The notes under the pieces were generated by a model. The model did no database searches. It was given only the letters and a program-made list of their open reading frames with translations, and was not told the origin of the DNA. The position numbers were made by a program, and so were the translations under genes. Shown piece after piece: positions 52,961 through 61,305 of a DNA stretch of 64,000 nucleotides (position 1 is the stretch's first letter; the number at the start of each line of letters is the position of its first letter). The stretch is taken from NCBI GenBank assembly GCA_965235115.1, contig OZ249440.1:9982001-10046000 (forward strand), given 5' to 3'. The DNA is from Laetmonice hystrix (Eukaryota).

Positions 52961-54945
52961 GGATACAAAGACTGGTGATTACAGGTGGCCTACTCGGGAA
53001 ATTAGAGTCCCATTAATCACAAACCTTTCTACACCCCGAGGGCGTCCACCCCGCCCACTCACACCAGAAACGGACACCCAAACACCAAAAACTGGGCCCC
53101 TAAAAACCTTTGCCTGCCAATTCTTTTACAAAGGAAGGCCATGCCAGCGTAGGCCCCTACCTATACCCACACACAATATAAATCGCTATCCTCCAGATCG
53201 CCAAAGACAACGGTTCTGTGCTTTAATATACAGTTCGCCATTCCAGGTTTGATAGGAATTGACGGGCAGGTTTTGTTCTGATACTATTGGGGTTCAGGTC
53301 AATATTTGCTGTCGGGCACACAGTTCCTCGACTGATGCTCACAAGAGCGGCAAATATCCGTCCCGACAGGCGCGAACACGCGGCGAGGGAGGCAATTGCT
53401 CGCCCATAGCGCCTCCCTGAACGCTGTGACGCCCACGGTAGTTAGATGTAAGGGCGTCAACAATCACTGAATCAATGTCGTCTGCTCTCAGTGAATTGTG
53501 GCGTCCCGGCGAGCGCGACCCCGCCCAGCCCCTAAAACATCATGCCCCACCGGTTATTACAAATTGGATACACCAAATGTGAATTAAGAAAGCGTTATTG
53601 AAAAGAAAAATCAATTTGCGGGTTGAACGATTACGGTTTGGGGGCGAGGGGGCCATGTCGGAAAGGTATGGTATATGTGTGCTGGGCCGCCAAGACCAGC
53701 CCCAGGCAGGTTTGTCTAGTGTTGGCGCCAGAGCCGTGTCAGAAGCTAAATCATGAGCCTACCTTTTACTTGTGAAGTATCCCGACTGAGAAACAAACAC
53801 ACAAATACACATCACCCGCAATTGATGTATTCACGTCCGGCCAAATATACAATCTTGAATGGTCTGTAGTTAAGTCGTAAACTGCATCGACATGAAAGGA
53901 TATATGTCCCTTACACTAAACGTGTGGAGCTCCAGCCCATTATGACAAGTCATATTACCGTTAGAGTAGCATGTCCTGTTCTGGTTTAATAGATCGCTTC
54001 ATTGTCCCAGTTCTACATCGGTCAATATCCCAGCTAGCAAAGAACGTTTTACAAATGATATAATATGAGTTAAACGTTGTTATGACGTTTTGTGTGATCT
54101 GGGATGGTACAAAGGCAGACTGTATAGACAGCGGCCAGTGCCATTCTCAACGTCTGCAAGGAACCGTCTGTGTGGCTGTGATATCAGGCCAGGTCAGACC
54201 GCCAGTTAGGAGGAGCCGGTGAGGACAATCCCCCCATAACATCAGGACCACAGAAGACCGATAAGGATTTTTCTATCACCAGCTACCAGCCTCTATCTGC
54301 TGACAGTCTGTGATGTAGAGTTGATTGTAAGCAGAGGTTATCAGTGACCATGGGGTGGATTGGAGAGGGGTATATATGCCATCTCGGTCCAGCTCTGCTA
54401 CCGTCCATACTCTATACTCAACCAACACTAAGACCCAACCCAGCTAAACAAACGTATGAATAAAGTAATAATGCATGAATAAAACGTCGTTATGACGTTT
54501 TGAGTGAACCTGGCATGCACTGCTCCATCTAGCAGTATGCAGCAGATCAGCAGTTGCATCTTTAAACGCAATATAATAGCGCCTTCCCCACTAACCGTGT
54601 TAGTACTGTTGATAATGTGCCGTGAGGTGGCATTAATTATCGGTAGGTTCCGATAACTCCCCCTCCCCGATTGCTGGTCAGGTCTCCGTACCAAAGGTCA
54701 TGTCCTTCTGTACGGTAATAGATATTTCCATAAACACCCCAAAGGGAATATCATGTCTAGAGAGATTTATGAAGAATCTCATATGTCCTCTTCCCACTAA
54801 CCCCGGCCTGTTTCTCAAGGTCAACGACTTGACCTTGACCTCTTTACGGCACTGTTAGAGTAATACATTTTTCACAGAGTGTCGTTAAGTTTAATACATT
54901 CAGGTATCTCAGTGACTGACGTCCTTGTGTTTGTGTGTGTTCCAG

Positions 54946-55017
54946 AGACCTCAGTTACAACCGGTTGAAGGTAATAGGACGGAAGACCCTGAAAGGATCA
55001 CCACTGTTACGTAACCT
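54946..55017 (+). CDS. slit: Slit LRR exon (exon 5 equivalent): DLSYNRLKVIGRKTLKGSPLLRNL
   Basis: Acceptor gtgtgtgttccag, donor gtgagt, 72 nt, phase 2/2. Resembles vertebrate [24 protein letters not shown]. Confidence 0.94.
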
Positions 55018-55120
55018 GTGAGTATATATCTACATACTTCCTCCGTACGTCGTTAGGGGGTTAGACATTCATTAATACCAACCCACCAAGTTCATTAATA
55101 CCAAGTCTCAGCGTTGAACA

Positions 55121-55160
55121 TAAGCCCAAAGCAAGAACTTTAGTTTTGGAAACCCGGGCC
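55121..55160. mobile_element. Right-end fragment of the Harbinger-like MITE family
   Basis: taagcccaaagcaagaactttagttttggaaacccgggcc resembles 28457-28495. Confidence 0.5.
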
Positions 55161-55262
55161 AATCGGCTTGGTGGGGGATGTCGCAAAATTTGGCCTATTG
55201 CTTTAACCATTTCCGCCAAACTTTCACTCCCTATAAGTCCATGAAATATCACCACATAAACG

Positions 55263-55367
55263 ATGCATCGCGTGCCGCTGTATTTTGCCACACAGATTCA
55301 CAGATCTACTCTCATGCAGCCAATAGCGAAGAGTGAGAGAAAGTCCTCTTTAGAACATGCGATGCAT
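55263..55367. repeat. Short inverted-repeat element
   Basis: atgcatcgcgtg / catgcgatgcat (12 bp, 1 mismatch) enclosing cagccaatag. Confidence 0.4.
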
Positions 55368-56089
55368 TTGATTGCCGTCTGCTTCCGGTTGGTTGGAGGT
55401 CATGACCTGTTTCTTCACATACTGCACACAGATAGCGACCGCCACCATGGAGGGGGTTACCGATAGGTTAATGTAGCGTACACTGATTCGATCCTAACTC
55501 TGTGCTAAAGACATTCATCAATACATCTCGACCGGTGGTGTAACAACAGACGGTCGTATAACAATGCAAGAGGTGGACGTGTACAGGAGAAGTGAAGCAT
55601 GTTGTTTTGGCTATCATTGAATGAACCTATAGGGTTTTCCTAATTTATAATCAGGGGGAGGGGGAGGGGACAGACGACAAGCAAAAAAGAAGCCAAAATC
55701 TATACCTAATAAATGGTCTATACAGAGGCTGGGGACGAGGGTTGAGTCTGAATGATTGCGTTTCTTGCTTGGCCCTTTCTCTGCCTTCTCCCCAGCCCAA
55801 CCCCCAAAACAAAACTGCGAACTCTATCTCAGCCATTTCCCAGATCTGGCTTTCCCTAATAAAAATCCGGTACAGGATAAGGGCATCTTCTATCGGGTTA
55901 TTCGGTGCTAAAAGCCCCGGAAACAGTCATGGGTCTCAACTCGGAGTTTGGTTTGACTGAAGAAACGACAGCACTCGAAGCAGAGATAACTGCGGTAACC
56001 AGTGAAAGGAGGCATGGCCTATTTCGAAAATCGTGAAGGGGAACAACAACACCTGTGGTCGGCATCCAGAGGCGTCGGAAACACTGAAT

Positions 56090-56527
56090 CGTCCCCAGAA
56101 CCACTGATCCCTTCGTCCTCAGAACCACTGAGCCCCATCGTCCCCAGAACCACTGAGCCCCATCGTCCTCAGAACCACTGATCCCTTCGTCCCCAGAACC
56201 ACTGATCCCCTTCGTCCTCAGAACCACTGATCCCTTCGTCACCAGAACCACTGATCCCCTTCGTCCCCAGAACCACTGATCCCCTTCGTCCTCAGAACCA
56301 CTGATCCCTTCGTCCTTAGAACCACTGACCCCCTTCGTCCTCAGAACTACTGACCCCCTTCGTCCTCAGAATCACTGATCCCCGTTGTCCCCAGAACCAC
56401 TGATCCCCTTCGTCCTCAGAACCACTGACCCCCTTCGTCCTCAGAACCACTGACCCCCTTCGTCCTCAGAACCACTGATCCCCGTCGTCCTCAGAATCAC
56501 TGATCCCCTTCGTCCCCAGAACCACTG
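56090..56527. repeat. 24/25-bp minisatellite, about 18 copies
   Basis: Unit cgtcctcagaaccactgatccc(c)tt. Confidence 0.96.
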
Positions 56528-57523
56528 CGCCCCAGTCATCCTCAGGTTATCTTCGTGGTGGGCTTCAGTTTAATGGAATCTGACTTTGAGGCCCGATAAA
56601 AGGACGTGTTGTAAGCTCGTCTATCATTACCTGCGTCATTGTGTCAGTTCTGTTTCACCGTCAAGTATTAATACTATAGAATCCCCTGCTCCCATACCCA
56701 CCATCCCCCCAACTCTATAACGGGACGACTGTCCCAAGCCGGTCCCTGGGGTCTACTTGCCTTATTTCGACAGCGACCCTTCTGCCTACCTACCGTCGTT
56801 TCCTGTCGTCCTACACAATGGATATCAGTTAGCGGCACTGGGCTACGACTGAAAAAAATGTTTCTGACATAGAACACAGGCATCGTAATGACAGACGTAT
56901 GCGCCGGCAACAATAGAGATGTAAGCAACACTAAGTAGACGGTTAACGACAGGGCTTCTTGACAGCCTGGACCCGACACTTCTCTCAGGATACTTGTGGG
57001 GACTCTTGCAAAACAAGACGTTGGTATTTTAGCCGCGTGAACCGCTGGGGAGACAAAAAAAAGGAAAACAAAAAAGTAGGTCCGAGAGAGGTGGAGAAGT
57101 TAAAGCTGTATTGGAATTCCAGACATTGACGAGATCTAGACCATAGCTAGGCTACATGCAGAGTTAGCCATTTCCAGTACGTTATCTCTGTAGACACATG
57201 TGCACCTATGTAAAATGAAGGGGTGTTTTAAGCCTAGATCTATATGTGTGAATTGTGAATGATACATAATGAGACAAAACATTTTACCAAACACTTCTGC
57301 GTTTTTTTGTCTAGTCATCCACACATTTTCCTCAAGAGGCAAAATAATCCATGTAAATGTGTACAGGTTATATCATCTATAATGTAGCTGTTATATTGTT
57401 GACCGGTCCTGTGTGGCCGACAATTATTGTCATCAAACCAAAGAAACACACCACAGATGGTATTTATAACGGTTTATAGATCACCCAGTAGGCCTATAGT
57501 ATACATATCGTATAAAGACAGCA

Positions 57524-57636
57524 ACGGACTGGTCTTTAGCGAAGTCCGGAGAAGTCCAGAACAGTCCATAGGGTCCTACTTGTCAGTTTCCTGACATGTC
57601 CGATAAATATGAGCGGACTGTCGCTGTCCAGTCCGT
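57524..57636. mobile_element. Degenerate inverted-repeat element rich in GGACT/AGTCC
   Basis: acggactgg (57524) / ccagtccgt (57628) plus inner agcga-agtcc / ggact-gtcgct pairing. Similar motifs recur at 57850-57910. Confidence 0.4.
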
Positions 57637-58986
57637 GGTAGTCCCCTGTGTATACACCCCGGTCGTAAGTCTGCGCGAAGGAGACAACCAATCAGAAGGC
57701 CTCACAACATCATGTGAATACGTCAATGGTCATGTGACCGTGCAAAATGGCTGAGACAGCATGGAGCACACAGCAGTTTCAATGACGGCCACCAGGTTCG
57801 CATGGCCATAAGGTCACGACACAATTAAACCTGTCGCTGTGTGTATACGACTCAGTCCGGACGAGTCCGAGCGAGTCTTGAGGACTAAAACAGCTCCGGA
57901 CTAGCGACACTAGCTTGTTCGTTGGAGTCTCAGTCCTTGCCAGTCGTTCTGTGTATAGCGGCCAACGTTTCGGCAAGCATGGTGTCTTGTTACCCGGTAC
58001 ATAGGGACAGTCCCTGTTACCAGTCCCAGTGCCCCCCCCCCCCCACCACAGACCCACCCCACCACAGACCCACCACCCGTGAATCGGTCCATCACTTCTG
58101 AGTCCATCCCAAATACTTTCAATCCTTCCACACAGTGGGCCGGTTAGCGCAAACTGTGACATGGTTGACAACCGCCACCCTGACCGTCTTGATGGATACG
58201 CGTGCGTTTGGCTCTTGTCGACCAGAATGTCAACGTGAAGGCGTCCACATCCGTGATATATACAAACACTGTGATGGTTGTATATGGCCCGAGGGGGCAC
58301 CGACTTAGGTCATGGACGACGAATAGCCTTGGATGTGTCGGCAGTGCTGACGAATCTACTATTAAATGTTAAACTCAAGGTTTGCTGGCAGGCAGCCAGA
58401 CTTATTGAACGTTTGGTTGATATCGCGGAGGGCGGTGAAGTGGGGAAACACGTGGCGATTTGAATAGTGGTAACAGCACTTTACATTAACAGAACCGTTT
58501 TTGTGATTTTACGGGAACGGTATACGCCTTAACAGGGTATTTAGAACAAATGTTAAGCTATAAGGTCAAAGGTCATCGGGAGAAGTTCTCGGCCAGTCGC
58601 TGGTACACTCGTTAGGTGGCAGAGTGGGAGTTCGCTTTGCGGCTATGCTCCGATTTGTAAGGGGGTCTATTCCTGCTCAGGGAGGGCATTGACATTCTTT
58701 CTAAGACGGGCATCGGCGTGTGGTCTGCTACGCGATTAAAGGCCGCTAAAAGACCCGGTTTTCCCAAGGTAGTTCCAGTGATCACCCCCTGAACTCAAAA
58801 TATCATCAACGGACTTACTATATTATGTTCGCACCCTTGAGATGCAAGACCAACAGTACACTTACCAGCTCAGTCGATGATTCTTTTCCTCTTAATTTAA
58901 TCTTAATAAATAATTCAGATCGGGTTTTCTGAGTTAGAGAAGTGAAAACCTCACGTGCTAATAATGAAATTTTGAATTCTTTCCAG

Positions 58987-59058
58987 ACAACTTGACAACA
59001 ATCAACTAACCTGTATTACTGATGTGGCGTTGAAAGGATTAAAAGACATGGAAATACT
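58987..59058 (+). CDS. slit: Slit LRR exon (exon 6 equivalent): QLDNNQLTCITDVALKGLKDMEIL
   Basis: Acceptor ttctttccag, donor gtgagt, 72 nt, phase 2/2. Has the Slit-type QLDNNQxxCI motif. Confidence 0.96.
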
Positions 59059-59412
59059 GTGAGTGAAATTAACACAGCGTCCACGGAGTGGAGCTCGGGC
59101 ATACTTGAGCAAATCTTCAATATATCATAGAACTACTACCGTATTGTAGTTGACATTAATGCGTAAAACTCTAAAGACACCGCATAGGTTTGAAGTTGTG
59201 TTTTTGATATTTAATTTCTTATCAGTGGCCGGTAACATTTTGAAGGCATATTCTACCTGTGTAACCTGAATCTGAATCGTATTTTGTAAGAAATACTCAC
59301 CTCCTTTCCCCACTTATCGTATTACGTCAGATTCAAGCGGCCACCTGAAAACCAACATAACATTTACACTGTCTGCGGATCATTATAGTCAGGTTAAAAT
59401 ATCTGGTTTCAG

Positions 59413-59484
59413 AACCGTTAACAAGAACAACATCACTACATTACCGAGAGACATCTTCACAGGAATGAACAAATTAAGGATAGC
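59413..59484 (+). CDS. slit: Slit LRR exon (exon 7 equivalent): TVNKNNITTLPRDIFTGMNKLRIA
   Basis: Acceptor ctggtttcag, donor gtaagt, 72 nt, phase 2/2. Confidence 0.95.
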
Positions 59485-59900
59485 GTAAGTAGACTGTTCA
59501 ACCAACTGGGGTTTGTTTCCTGGATACGTGTAGATTATACACGAGGTTTATCTGGAGAAAGATTTCAATCTCACCTCGGCGATGTCAAACAATGGAATCA
59601 AACAAAAAATTGATAACTTTTTGGGGGGCTTCAGTTTAGTCCTTCACTTCTACAAATACCAATACTCCCTGAAAGCAAAACTAAAGCGTGTAGAATAATA
59701 GTTACGAAAACACTTCATTTCTTTCTAATTCTCCTATCATGAAGAATTTAGTTTTAGATTTTGGATTAGGATTTAAGACTTTCGCCATGATAGCCAAAAC
59801 TGGAGTACCCGGGAAACACCACCAACCTTGCAGCAAGCAACTGACAAACCTTCCCATGAAGGGCAGTTGGCCGCTAACCCCTATATTAAATTTATTTCAG

Positions 59901-60064
59901 GCGGATCGCCGACAACGGCCTGGTGTGTGACTGCCACGTGTCGTGGTTGGCGCGATGGTTACGGATGCACCCGACACTGGCTCTCTTCACAAAGTGTGCG
60001 GCACCACCCCATCTGAGAAATGTCGAGATCGCCGAACTCCAGGAGTCCGACTTCCAATGTAATG
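59901..60064 (+). CDS. slit: Slit last LRR plus LRRCT exon (exon 8 equivalent): RIADNGLVCDCHVSWLARWLRMHPTLALFTKCAAPPHLRNVEIAELQESDFQCN
   Basis: Acceptor tttatttcag, donor gtacgc, 164 nt, phase 2/1. Has the CDCHxxWL...C...P...C LRRCT pattern typical of Slit domain 1. Confidence 0.96.
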
Positions 60065-60080
60065 GTACGCTGGATTCCTA

Positions 60081-60381
60081 GATCCAGTTTTCAAAATTTA
60101 ATATATTTGCTTTAGCTGAATCATAACACTTCGCATCGGCTGGTCTGTCTCGGCCAGCCAATCTAGAGATACTTGCTTAAACCAGCCATTCGGAAACGTA
60201 ATCTTAAGCAAAAAAATAAATTTTGAAAAGCCGGGACCAGTTCTTAAAACTTTAATATTAAGCTTAAGCTCAATGCATATGATTGGCTAATTGCCGATTT
60301 AAAGCCAGTCAGCAGAAGACCACCCAATCGAAAGCTTCAAGCTCAAGCTTAAGTAAGATCTTAAGTTTTCAAAACCAGGCC
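60081..60381. mobile_element. Two abutting Harbinger-like MITEs
   Basis: Unit 1: gatccagttttcaaaattta ... taaattttgaaaagccgggacc (60081-60238). Unit 2: ggaccagttcttaaaactt ... aagttttcaaaaccaggcc|ctg (60234-60381). Confidence 0.7.
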
Positions 60382-60738
60382 CTGGTCACCAGATGCCCAT
60401 CATCATCTTCTCAATGCTGTTACTCATTGCACATTGTTATAAATATCGACGCATCATGTTTCGCTCCCGTGAGCCCCTAAAATATTATCTATAACCACAA
60501 CCGTGCAATGGAATACGGAAACAGGTTGTTCATTCCCCGGCAAAGTACGCTAAATATACGTGAAGTCACACCCCATATGGTTTAATACCCATGCACACTT
60601 TTCTTTGTCATTATAGATTTATAACTTTAATGAAGAGGATGAAACTGATAAACTATCGACTTTAAATCTCCCTCATAGACCGCAATGATAAACTGTCATT
60701 AAATGCTTACTTGAGCGTCAGTTTAATTATTGCATCCC

Positions 60739-61305
60739 GAAAAACACAGTATCAGGGTACGAGATATTGTGGTACCAGAGATATCACTAGGAAACACAGT
60801 ACCAGGGTACCAGATACTGTGATACCCGAGATATCATTCTGAAAACACAGTATCAAGGTACGAGATACTGGCATACCAGAGATATCGCTCTGAAAACACA
60901 GTATCAGGGTACGGGATACTGCGCTACCAGAGATATCGCTCTGAAAACACAGTATCAGGGTACGGGATACTGCGATACCAGAGATATCGCTCTGAAAACA
61001 CAGTATCAGGGTACGAGATGCTGCGATACTAGAGATATCGCTCTGAAAACACAGTATCTGGGTACGAGATACTGCGATACCAGAGATACCGCTCTGAAAA
61101 CACAGTATCAGGGTACGGGATACTGCGATACCAGAGATATCGCTCTGAAAACACAGTATCAGGGTACGAGATACTTCGATACTAGAGATATCGCTCTGAA
61201 AACACAGTATCAGGGTACGAGATACTGTGATACCAGAGATATCGCACTGAAAACACAGTATCAGGGTACGGGATACTGTGATAGTAGAGATATCCCCCTG
61301 AAAAC
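60739..61305. repeat. 51-bp minisatellite, about 11 copies (unrelated to the 21027 array)
   Basis: Unit ctgaaaacacagtatcagggtacgagatactgcgataccagagatatcgct; period 51 checked at 60841/60892. Confidence 0.97.

Larger units (their letters stand above)
14434..54945 (+). other. slit: 40,512-bp intron of slit (intron 4 equivalent)
   Basis: Bounded by the gtgagt donor and ttccag acceptor of two consecutive LRR exons. I recognised no other LRR exon inside it. Confidence 0.85.

Noticed and set aside
52030-53252. 171-, 153- and 253-aa repeat ORFs
   Set aside because: Produced by the stop-free 33-bp unit within a slit intron; no supporting gene structure.
14434-54945. miR-218, hosted in vertebrate SLIT2/3 introns
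   Set aside because: I saw no match to the mature sequence by eye, and its vertebrate host intron is further downstream. A miRBase search would settle it.
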